This document shows, one piece after another, positions 24,583 through 35,800 of a DNA stretch of 64,000 nt (positions are counted from its first letter, which is position 1; each line of letters begins with the position of its first letter). The notes beneath the pieces are model-generated. The model had not been told where the DNA came from. It saw only the letters and a program-made list of their open reading frames with translations, and ran no database searches. Origin of the DNA: Felis catus (Eukaryota); NCBI RefSeq assembly GCF_018350175.1, contig NC_058369.1, forward strand, positions 15,500,001-15,564,000. The letters are read 5' to 3'. The position numbers and the translations under genes were made by a program.

Positions 24583-25166
24583 GTGAGGAGGGGTGGGGCG
24601 GAGAGGGGCCGCGCGTGCGGGCCACGCTGATCTCACGGAGTGAGGGACGGACACCCGCCAGGGCGTCTCCGCAGGCCTGTACCTTAGTCCACAGTCGGGA
24701 GGTCGGCTGATGCCGGTGCAGACGGGAGGTGGTTACAGAACCACGTTTACTGGAAAACACAGAGCCCCAAAGCCCTGTGATCAGATCCCCTCGAGGCTCG
24801 GGAGGCATCTGTCAGGCCCAGTGGCTCCAGCTTTAACTTCCAAAGGCAGCGATTCGGCGCTGGGCACCGCCACCCTCGATCTGCCTGGGCCTGTGCCGGG
24901 CACCCGGCGGGAAGCAAACAGGGCCGTCTCCATCCCTAGTAGGTTGTGGGGAGAGGGTCCGGGTATGCTTGTTGCCGCCGGAGAGCGATCCCGCGGCACG
25001 ACTGAAACACCTCCCAGAGAATGAGCCGGGCTGCCTGGATGCGAGGGCTGGAGGGGTTCGCTTGACGAGCGATGGGTGGGAGGCCGGCCCTGAGGAAGGC
25101 TCCGGGGTCTTGCCTCCCAGAGACAGCACAACACTCCCTTTACTGCTTCTGCGCTTCTCTCGGCAG

Positions 25167-25218
25167 GGTGCTGGCCCCCAAGTGTGCAGCCTGTGGGCTT
25201 CCCATCCTTCCACCCGAG
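25167..25218 (+). CDS. LIMD1: LIMD1 exon 6: VLAPKCAACGLPILPPE
   Basis: GGCAG acceptor, GTAAGG donor, 52 nt; the first base completes the split Lys codon from exon 5. Confidence 0.96.
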
Positions 25219-25327
25219 GTAAGGCGCTCTCTCACACCTGCTCCTGGCGGCTCCCTGACATGAATACGTCCCTCGGGTCGCTTACAAAGATCTGTGTCCT
25301 GTCCTTCTACCTTCTAGAAAGTCCTCC

Positions 25328-25770
25328 TGGGGCGCCCGGGTGGCTCAGTCAGTTCAGCTCGGTCGTGACCTCACAACCCCGGCTCAGGTTGTGATCTCCC
25401 AGTTCACGAGTTCGAGCCCCGCGTCGGGCTCTGTGCTGACAGCTCGGAGCCGGGAGCCCGCTTCGGATTCCGTGTCTCCCTCTCTCTCTCTCACCCTCTC
25501 AGAAATAAATAAATAGGGGCACCTGGGTGGCTCGGTCGGTTGAGCATCCGACTCTTGACGTCGTCTCAGGTCACGATCCCAGGATCACGGGATCGAGCCC
25601 CAGGTCGGGTTTCGCACGGAGCGTGGAGCCTGCTTGCAATTCTCTCTCTCCCTCTGCTCCTCCCTCTCTCTCTCTCTCTCTTTCGCTCTCTTTCGCTCTC
25701 TTTCTCCAAAGTAAATGAATAAATAAAGTATTTAAATAAATAAATAAGTAAACATTAAAAAAAAAATCAG
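25328..25770 (+). mobile_element. Two tandem Can-SINEs in LIMD1 intron 6
   Basis: Two heads at 25328 and 25516. Confidence 0.88.
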
Positions 25771-26194
25771 AAAATCCTTCTGCAATCTCACCTCTGACCC
25801 TAATAGTGTCCTCACCAAGAAGGCCCTTTCGTATTAACTGGCTTCCCCAGCCCAGTGCCCTTCTTGTGGCCCATTCGTCCCTACAGTCGTCCAACTGCCT
25901 GACTTGATAGTGACTCGTAGATTAGAAGGTGAGCAGAAAGCCTGCCTTTCATTCATTTTCTCTTTTAAAACCTCACTCTCCACGTAGGTGGTTTTCTCAG
26001 GGTTGACCCTGACGTTGCAGAAGGTGTGGCTGCTGTCCCTCCGACTTCCTCTCTCATCGGTTCAAGGTGTCCTTTTTCCAGCCGGTGTGGGACTTCACTA
26101 CAGAGCTGTGCTCTTCCGAGGCCACCTACTTGTCGCCTTGGGAATCTCACGGGTCCCCCAACCGGCCTCTTGTTCTTGCTTTCCTTCCGTCCAG

Positions 26195-26263
26195 GGCTCA
26201 GATGAGACCATCCGCGTCGTGTCCATGGACAGAGACTTCCATGTGGAGTGCTACCACTGCGAG
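26195..26263 (+). CDS. LIMD1: LIMD1 exon 7: GSDETIRVVSMDRDFHVECYHCE
   Basis: TCCAG acceptor, GTAGGC donor, 69 nt; LIM3 HxxCxxC. Confidence 0.96.
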
Positions 26264-26467
26264 GTAGGCGCCTCCCTGCCCGGACTCCCCAGGCCCGTTT
26301 CAACAGTACAAGAGGAAGGCATCCTGGGTTGACTGGGGCCTGAGGTGGTCAGCAGGGTGTGGTCGAGGGCTGCCCTCCAGAGCTGCCCTCCAGGTCAAGG
26401 GGTGCAGCCTGATTTGTTCACTGCCAGCCCTGGGGACATTTGCTCATCGTCCTCTCCACACGTCCAG

Positions 26468-26987
26468 TGCCATGCTGTCCCGTAGGAACCCGAGAGCCCC
26501 AAATTCAAATCGTGTGGGTACTTCCGTTTTCTAGTAGCCGCCTTAAAAAAGTAAAAAGGGGGCGCCTGGGTGGCTCAGTCGGTTGAGCGTCTGACTCTTG
26601 ATTTGGGGTCAGGCCCTGATCCCGGGGTCGTGGGATCGAGCCCCGCATCAGGCTCCGTGCTGAGCGTGTGGAGCCTGCTTGAGATTCTCTCCCTCTCCCT
26701 CTGCCCTACTCCCCCACTTTCTCTCTCTCAAATTAAAAAAGAAGAAAAAAGAAACAGGTGGGATTCATTCTTGCAATATTGTATTCAACCAGCGTATCCA
26801 AAACGTTATTTCAATGTGTAATCGATACAAGGGTTTTTCATGAACTGCCTTACATTCATGTCCTGCCCTAAGTCTTGGGAGTGCGGGGTATGCATTTGCA
26901 GACGCCCTTCTTGGTTCTGACCTGACCGCCCCGTTTCAAGTGCTCCATAGCGACCTGCCGCACCTCCCCTCGGCTGGACCGCACGAC
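26468..26987. mobile_element. MER33-like MITE split by a Can-SINE (26558-26752, plus)
   Basis: TTTTCTAGTAGCC..AAAAAAGTAAAAAG / AAACAGGTG..TATCCAAAA..TTTCAAGTGCTC. Confidence 0.7.
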
Positions 26988-27105
26988 CACGCAGCGCCCT
27001 CTGCTGGTTCCCCGGGGCCGCTGGCCTTGGGGTCGGTCTTGCAATCCTTTTGTTCTGTTCTGCTACCCCCTGGACATTTTTGCCTCCCCCCCCCCATCCC
27101 CCCAG

Positions 27106-27243
27106 GACTGCGGCCTGGAACTCAACGACGAAGACGGCCACCGCTGCTACCCCCTGGAAGACCACCTGTTCTGTCACTCCTGCCACGTCAAGAGACTGGA
27201 GAAGAGCCCCTCCCCTGCAGCTCTCCACCAGCACCGCTTCTAG
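27106..27243 (+). CDS. LIMD1: LIMD1 last coding exon: DCGLELNDEDGHRCYPLEDHLFCHSCHVKRLEKSPSPAALHQHRF*
   Basis: C-rich tract + CAG acceptor; completes LIM3; TAG stop at 27241-27243; C-terminus resembles LIMD1 rather than AJUBA or WTIP. Confidence 0.96.
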   Translation, partial: DCGLELNDEDGHRCYPLEDHLFCHSCHVKRLEKSPSPAALHQHRF

Positions 27244-28238
27244 CCGGAGCCTCTTCCAGACCTCGCGTTGGCGACCAGAAGCCAGCGTCGCAAAGCCAGA
27301 CATCTGCCTGCTAATTCCAGTGGCCCCACGGGGTGGTCACGGGGGTGGGGGGGTGGGGAGGGGGGCCAGGCAGGTAAGTTTCTGTATACGCGTGGGGCGC
27401 CGCTCCTTCAACCTCCCTGTCTGGTAGGTGTTACTTTCCAAGTGCCTTTCTCCACTGCCCCGCCCTCATCGGATTACTCAGGAAGATACTCTAGCAGGTG
27501 CATGGCGTGTGACACCCCAAGGAGCCCTCTGGGCCCCTCTGGGAACAGCTCGTGCTTTAGAGGGAAAAGTTTGCGCTGAGCCTACTTCTCGGTGTCCTCT
27601 GAGGAGGGCTCAGCTGCCGATACCTTCAGCCCTTCCCTGTCCCTTTAGGAAAGCACCCGCACCAGACATTACCCCCGGTGCCGCACCCCCCCCCCCCCAC
27701 GCACACGACATGATTTGAGACTGCACCCTCGACACGCACATGCAGCGTTATGGGAGACGTCTCTCCGCCCCAGGGACTCCGCTCTTCTGTCGGATGGCTG
27801 CAGATTTTAACCGCATTGTGGCAAGAGAGGAGCTGTGCCCGTGCTCTGTGTCCGAGGAAGAACGGCTTGGTAAACCGGAGCCGAGCTGTGGACTGAGCGA
27901 GCCGGGGTTTCCTCCTCATATGCTGACAACGTCTTGCCTGCTCCTGCAAATCTTCACGCCCCGACAGGCAGCTGGGAGCCCGGGCGGAGGTTTGCCCCGT
28001 TCGATAGCGAGGCGTGTTTGGGACGAGAACTTGGGTGCGGGTACCAGGCGTCCTTTGCCCTCCTGTTTGCACCGTCCTCCTCTGAAGCTCTCGAGAGTCT
28101 GGGACTTTGGAGTCGCTCCCACAGAGGCAAGTCTCAGGATCCCGTGTGGGGACATCTCTGGGCCTGTCGTAGCTTATCTAACCACGGGCTTTGGGGAAGC
28201 CTTGCCCGTGTGCTGAGAGCTGGCGTATACACGAGGAG

Positions 28239-28282
<44 letters not shown>

Positions 28283-30855
28283 ACAGTGACATCTCCAGCC
28301 AGCACGAGACGGAGAGCCTCAGGAAAAATCACCATGTTCGTTTTCCACCGCGTCTCGTCTGTCTCTGGCCCAGTGCTTGGCTCGGGCGTGGCCTGCGAAG
28401 AAACCCGCAGAAGGTACACTGCTTTGGTCTGTTTCTTGTTTTTCGTTGTTTTCCTCTGCTTGCGGTCTTCCACGCGCACAAAAATACCTCACAGGTCAGG
28501 GCTTCACCAAATCGCACGTCGGGAGGAACTCGGCCGTCACGCTGAACTCAGAGATGCCTCCGTGGGTGCGTGAGGGGTCTCGGCCTCCGCGCGGGCCAGA
28601 CTCCCGCGGGTCAGGGCGCTGTGATCTCAGCTGAAGGTCAGCTGAGAGTGGATCCAGTTGAATGTGGGTGCTGTTGCCCGACGCGTTTCATCCTGTCGGT
28701 TCCCCGGGGTGGCGAGGGGCTAAGGGAGGGCCGCACCCGGGCAGGATTTCGGGGCCACCTGTGCACTGACGTGTCACACTCCTGAGGCCAGACGTCAGTA
28801 CGCCCGGTATTTCGATGAAGAGGCGGTGTAAAAAACTTAAAAAAGGAGGTTGCCTGCCGTTCGCCCTCTCGGCCCGTGGGGAGGGCGCCCTGGCCTCGGT
28901 GTTGTTGCCGGAGGTCGGGGGTCACGTCACTGCTGCCAGCTGGTCTGGGAGTATCACCCTGGCACGCGCTCACCACCGCCTCCCCGCCTCGCACCCAGGG
29001 CAGCAGGGGCCACGGAGGGCGGTCACCAGAGCCCGAGGCCCACGGGACTCGCAGACTTTACAGTGGGCCCGGCTCCAGTTCTGCGCCGCGTTTTGACCCG
29101 TTTCGGGGGCGGTTGCTACAGGAGGCACAGAATGGGCACCGTGAGTTGCCTCCTATGTTTATTCAGTTCGTTCTGCTAGAATCCTTTGGTCAGATGTCCC
29201 TTCAGCCCAGGCTGCGTGCTCTCATCGATCCCATCCCACAGGCCGAGCCTCCAGAAGCCTGGCGCCGCGTGGGGCCGGGGGCCTCTCTTCCCAGCTGGGC
29301 CCAGGAAGCCAGCCGATGTGTCTCGTCTTTGCCAACCGAGGAACGTCTCTGGCCTTGCTGACACCCCTTTGCTCTGATTGCAAGTCGGGCAGAAAGTGAA
29401 GAAAACTGCCTGAGAGCGACTGTCAAAAGCAGGGATGTGTGTGCAAAGTGGGTAACTAGGTTAGTTTTTTAAAAAAGTCTCGGGATTAAATTTTCTAATT
29501 GGGATGTTTTAAGTGGCCTTGATGGACGTGATTGGGACATCTGCCAAAACGGGGTTTTATATTGTTAAGGAAGGACAGTAAGAGAATTTCCAGGTACCCT
29601 AGAAGTCCGAGCAGCAAGTTCTCTTGTGGTCCGGGGCCCCGGGGGGTGGGGGGGCGCGGGTAGGAATCTCGCACCAGTTCCACTTCTCGGGCTCTTGCGC
29701 GAGAGCCGTGAAGAGATGGTCGCCTAGGCGGTTATCTCTACGTGGTTCTGTAAGCTGTTAGCCAAACAGAGTTGTAATGGGGTTGTATTTATAGGCACCT
29801 AGAAAGAAGACACAAGCACCTGGTAAACCAGGATGAATCCATTTGTTTGAACAGGTAGAGCGCGTAGCCCTTCCTGAGTTCCCTAGATAGCTCTTGGGCT
29901 TCAGATAAACCAGGAGAATTAAGGTTTGATCCCGGACCCCAAAGCCAGCCTCCGGCCTCCTCCCCTGCCTCATTTTGCCATTAGTTTTTTTTCTTCCCCA
30001 CCCCCTGCCCCTTCCCCAGCGAGGGCCATTCAGAAACCGCCAGGGTGGTCCGAGAAAAGCCAAGAACGTAGTTTGGCCTGCTGTTCCCCCTCGCGGTTAC
30101 TCTCCCACCTGTCGGTGGGTAAAGAGTGCTTTGTTCATCCCTCATCGCGGAAGCGTGTCTCATCCCGTCTGGGTAACCGCCTGTACGTGGCAGCGGGGTG
30201 TCCCCCTTTCTCCGAGGGCAGTGTTCCGGTGCAAACCTCGCTCAGCCGAATCCACCGAGGTTGTGCTGTTGAGTCCTGGGCGGCGAATGCAGTAAGGAGT
30301 TCTGATCGCCGTCACCCGCCGCCATCACCCTGTGGCCGTGGGCTGCAGTCACGCTCACACGAGGAAAAATGTCAGGACCTGAGAGAATGACTTGGAACCC
30401 CCCCATGCTTGGCAGGCTGGTTTGTGCGGGCCATTTCCCGTGCGTGGGGAAGTGTGGCAGCCGTGATGCCTGCCGGTTCCCTCGAAACCACGTGTGCAAG
30501 ACTTGACCCCAAATCCGCCTTGTTGCTGGATGCACCTGTCACGGCTCTGTCCGCCTTTGTGCCAGGAATACGTTCTAACTTCCAGGTGATTTGAAGTCAG
30601 TCTTAAAAGTAATAGGCTAAAATGAGTAAAATACAGTAGCTCTTTGTTCTGAGCCGGAGCTGGACAGGTGTGGGAAATTTCCGTATAGTGTATGAAAATT
30701 TCACCATGCGGGGAAATGATTTTCCACTGTATCTCGTCTTCTACGATAAAAAAAAAAAATTCTTCAAAATTGTACTGTTGCTGTAAGATGATTCAAAATA
30801 TCATGACAATAAACTGCGTCAATTTGTAGCCTATTAAAGTGCCCTCCAACATGAT
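27244..30855 (+). other. LIMD1: LIMD1 3'UTR (~3.6 kb, end inferred)
   Basis: SINE-free stretch from the stop codon to the poly(A) signals; repeats resume right after. Confidence 0.65.
28241..28280. repeat. (TG)20 microsatellite in the LIMD1 3'UTR
   Basis: Direct reading. Confidence 0.97.
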
Positions 30856-30890
30856 GGTGGTTAACGGGTTTTCTTTTGTGTGTGTGGAGT
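30808..30890 (+). terminator. LIMD1 polyadenylation signals (AATAAA 30808-30813, ATTAAA 30833-30838) with downstream GU/U-rich element
   Basis: Two hexamers, upstream TGTA motifs, downstream GGGTTTTCTTTTGTGTGTGTGG. Confidence 0.7.
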
Positions 30891-30999
30891 GTGCAGACAG
30901 TGCTTTTCGCTAACTGGGTTTGGTCTTCTTTTGGAGCTCTGGCTCCTTAAAGGAACGTATGGGTCAAAACTATGAAAGGTCCAAGAGCTAATAAGGTAG

Positions 31000-31790
31000 C
31001 ATGCGGTGATGTCATGGATCCTGCTGGAAGTTACGAGACTCCTAGGTCAGAGACAAAGGACAGGTTAATGCAGCACCAGCAGGAAGCGTTTTCTGTTTGT
31101 TTTTTTGTTTGTTTGTTTTTTTTGAGAGAGAGAGTGTAAGTGAACAGGGAAAAGGGTCAGAGAGAGAATCTTTTTTCATTAATTTATTTATTTAGAGAGA
31201 GAGCATGAGCAGGGGAGGGACAGAGAGAGAGGGAGAGAGACTCTTCAGCAGGCTCCGCGCCTTCAGCACAGGGCCCAACGCGGGGCTTGAACTCATGAAC
31301 TGTGAGATCATGACCTGAGCCGAAACCAAGAGTCAGATGTTTAACCAACTGAGCCACCCCAGGTGCCCCGAGAGAAAGAGAGAGAAAGAAAGAGAGAGAG
31401 AGAGAATCTTAAGCAGGCTCTACGCTCGGTGTGGAGCCCAACACAGGGCTGCATCCCAAGACCCTGGGATCATGACCTGAGCCGAAATCAAGAGTGAGAC
31501 GCTTAACCGACTGAGCCACCCAGGTGCCCCAGTGGCATTTTACTTTATCGGCATTTACGCGGACTCCCTGGGCCCTCGTACCTCTAGGGCCCCATGAAGA
31601 GGGCCAGGTGGTCCCTGCACGGGCAGCAGGCTGCATTGCAAGAGGAAACCCAGGCTCAGGAAACCTGAGTCTTACGATGACTGGTAAGCCTGCCTGACTT
31701 TGGCTCCAAAGAGAGACACTGTGTCTACCACCCAAGACCATTTACCACACCAGCATCCTTGAAAAGACATCTGGAATTGAGGGCGTGCCT
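31000..31790. mobile_element. Probable old LTR interrupted by nested antisense Can-SINEs (31090-31530)
   Basis: SINEs are clear; flanks (GAGACTCCTAGGTCAGAGACAAAGGAC, CATCCTTGAAAAGA) resemble an ERV LTR, family uncertain. Confidence 0.55.
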
Positions 31791-32569
31791 AGCTCACAGG
31801 ACGTACTGGAATCCAAGCGACCCTTGGAGAATGAAGAATTGGCAGTTTCTTTACCTGGGTCCTTAGTCTTGAGATTGGATGTCGTGGTGCAGTGGTGGTG
31901 ACTTTGTCTCCTGTGAATGTTTCTTTCTGGGGAGGTACTGATCAAAGCATCCCAGAGGTGAGTGGCCCTCTGGGTGTGAGGCAAGCTTGCACAGGAAGCA
32001 CAGGAAGGCAGAGTGAAGGGCTGCGTGTGCGCCTGTAGGCCTTGGGGTGGGAGAGACGGCCCCGGACTTGCCTTTCATGGCTCAGTTCCCGGGCTGCTTC
32101 AGGCTTCGGGTGAGTTCTCGTGGCCACCAGGTCTGATGTGCCGGGGACACGGGGAGGCCGAGAACGAGTTGCTGACCGTCATGGTGTCTTACCGGGAAAT
32201 AAAACCCCTTTTTACGTGACGAGAGAGCACGTATACTGGTTTTACAAACACGGGCTGCCATTTTCTTATGACCCTGATGCTACAAGGGATGAAACTACCA
32301 TCAGGGAACAAGGTGGTTTGGGCCAAGGTGTGCCGGTGCCCCAGGCGTGGGGATTTGTGGTGTTTGATTTGTGGTGGTTGCTGGTTTCTGTGCTGTCCAT
32401 ACTCCCGTCACGGCCAAGTTCAGGCTGTCAACATGACATCCCTGCCTCTGGAGCTGGGAGGCGATGGCAAGGTCATGAACAAATGACTCCGGCCTCCTGG
32501 GCCACGTGGGGCTGAAGCGCTGGGGGAATCTGGCTCGGTTTTCGGTTCTGTGATCGAAGCAGTAACAAC

Positions 32570-32740
32570 AGGAACAGCTGACATTTATCGTGTGCTCGCC
32601 ATGTACTAGGTGCTGTTCCAAGGACCGTATTCTTCATAACCTTCCGTTTTATGGACAAGGCAATGGAGTCACGGAAGGGTGAAGTAACTCTCCAGACGTG
32701 AAGTACCCAGAAAACTGAGGCAAGACTTCACCCCAGGCCG
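32570..32740 (-). mobile_element. MIR
   Basis: AGCTGACATTTATCGTGTGCT..TTTTATGGACAAGG..GTGAAGTAACT. Confidence 0.6.
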
Positions 32741-32886
32741 AGTCTCACCCAGCGGGAGCTGTTGCATCGCTGCGGCCGCTGGGAGCAAGAACTTGCCTTT
32801 CAGTGGCTTTGTTCAGGAGAGCCACTTGGCCGGAAGCACTCATTGCAAGGGGCAGGAGGGGCCTGCCGCTGCTCTCTGTTGGAGTC

Positions 32887-33147
32887 TGTATGGGTTTCTT
32901 ATTGTTCTGGAATAACCAAACGTAGTGGCCTAAAACCACACAAATCTGGGGGCGTCTGGGTGGCTCAGTCGGTTAAGCGTCTGACTCTTGATCTCGGCTC
33001 GGGTCACAATCTCACGGTTGGTGAGGTCGAGCCCCGCATTGGGCTCTGCACTGACAGGGAGGAACCTGCTTGGGATTCTCTCTCTCTCTCTCTCTCTGCC
33101 CCTCTCCTGCTTGTGCGCACACACGCTCTTTCTCTCCCTTGAATGTA

Positions 33148-33195
<48 letters not shown>

Positions 33196-33580
33196 TCCGT
33201 CATTCTACGGTTCAGGAGAAATGGGCTTTATGGAGCTCAAATCAGGGTGTCAGCAGAGCCGAGTTCCTTCCAGAGGCGCTAGGGGAGAATCCATCCCTTG
33301 CCCTTCAGCTTCTAGAGGCCGCCCACACTCCTTGGCTTGTGGCTCCGTTCTCTGAAGTCTGTTGTCACACCTCCTCTCTCCCCACCCCTCCCTGCTTCTT
33401 TCTTGTTCGGCCCCGTGTAGGGTTACATTGGGCACGCCCGTGGGGTGTAGGATAATCCCCTCGTCTGGAGACCCTTCACCACATCTGCAAAGCTTCTTCT
33501 GCTTATAGGATAAACTATTCATAGGTTCTGGGGATTAGGCCATGGACGTCTTGGTGGGGGAGCGCTACTCAGCTTACTAC
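32887..33580 (-). mobile_element. MaLR LTR (MLT1C/D-like) with inserted Can-SINE (32948-33150, plus) and (AC)20 (33153-33192)
   Basis: TG..CA ends; AGGGTGTCAGCAG..TAGGGGAGAATCC..CAGCTTCTAGAGGC..CACATCTGCAAAG..GGTTCTGGGGATTAGG. Confidence 0.8.
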
Positions 33581-33721
33581 AGAGTCCAACAAACTTTTCA
33601 GATGGAATGACAATATCAGGGGATCATTAGGTGCAGTTTCTTCAAGCATTGCTAAAAGTGGGCTTTGCATTTCCCCTGGATTGAAAACGGAAGTGCTTCA
33701 TATATGAAAGCGACGTGGCCA

Positions 33722-33943
33722 GGGCGCCTGGGTGGCTCAGTCAGTTGAGCACCTGACTGCGGCTTAGGTCACGATCTCGCGGTTTGTGAGTTCGAGCCCC
33801 GCGTCGGGCTCTGTGCTGACAGCTCGGAGCCTGGAGCCTGCTTCGGATTCCGGGTCTCCCTCTCTCTGCCCCTTCCCCACTCATGCTCTGTCTCTGTCTC
33901 TGAAAAATGAATAAACATTTAAAAAAATTAAAAAAAAAAAAAA
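33722..33943 (+). mobile_element. Can-SINE with TSD AAAGYGACGTGGCC
   Basis: Full body and flanking direct repeat. Confidence 0.92.
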
Positions 33944-34709
33944 GTGACGTGGCCCACGGATCCTGGGTGTAGAAACACACCAGAATTGGTCGTACTCTGT
34001 GGGAGAGAAGTAAGTCAGTGGTCTGGGCCAGGAGAAGTCCCAGGTCTGTGACACTTGTAGGAGAGGCCCTGGTTACCTGGATGGTCCCGGCAGCCTGAGG
34101 CACTTCCATCACTTGGTTATATTCATGCCCTTCCAACTGATCCCGGCCCTCGAGGACAGGCGGCTGTGGGCCCCGAGTTGCCCACGGGACCTTTGCATTT
34201 ACACATATAATCTCACTACAGGGAAAACATAGCTGAAGACGTCAGTTTATATTATTTATGCTTGCCTGATTTCTTACTCTGAACATGGTTCTCCCTACAA
34301 TCTGATTTTGGCTGGTTAGGCATTTAAAACCCCCAGAAGAAAGTGTTTCTGCCTGGATTCGTTTCCATTTTCCATCCTCGCCGAGTGTTCATAAAGGCCT
34401 TGGCTTGTCTTATACAACTGGCAAAGAAAGGCCGACCTTTGTGTCTGTGTTCTGTGGTGAACAGAACTTCCAACGATGACGTGTTTAGGGTCCAGGGAGG
34501 AGCTCTCTGCAGGGCGATGGCTGTTCCGTCTTTTCGTGGAGCCTTAAGAGGTAGGCTGCCGATAGGCTCACAGCTGGCGAGAGGAAGCGTCACCAGGATT
34601 AGAGACGAGATCTGATTGCTAACTAGCAAGGGAGAAAGGCTGGGGTGCATACGTGATCGCCATTTCATGCCCAGATAGGGAATGACCCTGAGTCCACGCA
34701 TGTGGTAGT

Positions 34710-34930
34710 CCTCTGGTGCATAGTAAGCACAAGGCCAGGATGGCTTTGGGGTCAAGAGCCCAGACTCAAGTTCTAACTCAGGCTCCACCACTTAATTGCT
34801 CAATGACCTTAAGCAAAGTTTGTTCCCGCACACGTAAAAATGGGGATCACGACTGAACTTGCCTTATAGGGCTGTTGCAGGATTGATCGAATTAGTCCAA
34901 GTAAAGAGTTTAGAGCTCTTAGTTGCTAAT
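34710..34930 (+). mobile_element. MIR
   Basis: GGCTTTGGGGTCA..GGCTCCACCACTTA..TGACCTT..GTAAAAATGGGGAT..TAGGGCTGTTGCAGGATT. Confidence 0.7.
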
Positions 34931-34959
34931 AAGGGTGAGAGGCTTGAGGACTTAGTTGA

Positions 34960-35800
34960 TCTTTCCATTGGGAAGAGCAAAAAATAAATTACAAATGGAT
35001 TAAATGGAAAAAACAATACAAACATAAAAGAAGTTGAAAAGACCACGTATGTAATAAAAAAAACCATAAAGTAAAATATTGGTAAATTGGAATATACAGT
35101 AGTGGATTTACAGTACTTTAGGTTCAAAAACAGTATAAGGAAAAGGTAAATGATAAACTGGAAGTTTGCAATGTGTTTGAGAGCTAAAGAGTATCCTTCA
35201 TATATTAAAAAATCTAAAAAAACTGAATGCATACATCAAGAGAAAATAGATATATCAAGTAATACATGTAAAAGGAAGTTCTGTTTTTCTCTTACAAAGA
35301 TTGCAAAGAAATCATAGTGAAATCTGTAATATTTAGTGTTGGTTAGCAAGCAAGAAAATGTGCTGTTAATGGAAGTGTGTTGGTTTAATTTTTTTGGAGG
35401 CAATTTGAAAATATGTTCCAAGTATCATTCCACATCCAGAAACTTAGAAGACATATGAGAAGTAACACAGCACTATCTCTAAGAAGCGCTAAGGTGATAA
35501 CCCAAATTCCCAACCAGAGGGTAATGCTTAAAATTATCTAGTTCTTGGATGGGATAGCTTCCAAGTGTATTTAATGACCTTAAACCTCAGAAAGCTAAGG
35601 GGCCCAAACGGGAACACAAAGACATACCTAGTACACGCTCAAATTTGGAAAAATACACGGGTAGGTATATCCATATTAAAAAGCATGGAAAAAAAAAAAA
35701 AACATCTAAAAGGAAAAAATCATATTAACAGTAATGATCTCGGGATGGGAATTATTTTTATTCCAAAATAGTTTTCTGTATTTCACAAATTTTCTGTAAC
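34960..35800 (+). mobile_element. Highly degraded L1M 3' fragment
   Basis: A-rich; TTGGAGGCAATTTG and ATATTTGCAA-like remnants. Confidence 0.45.

Noticed and set aside
26237-26239. LIM3 reads DRDFH where I recall human DRDYH
   Set aside because: Conservative aromatic change at the LIM aromatic-His position; the comparison is from memory
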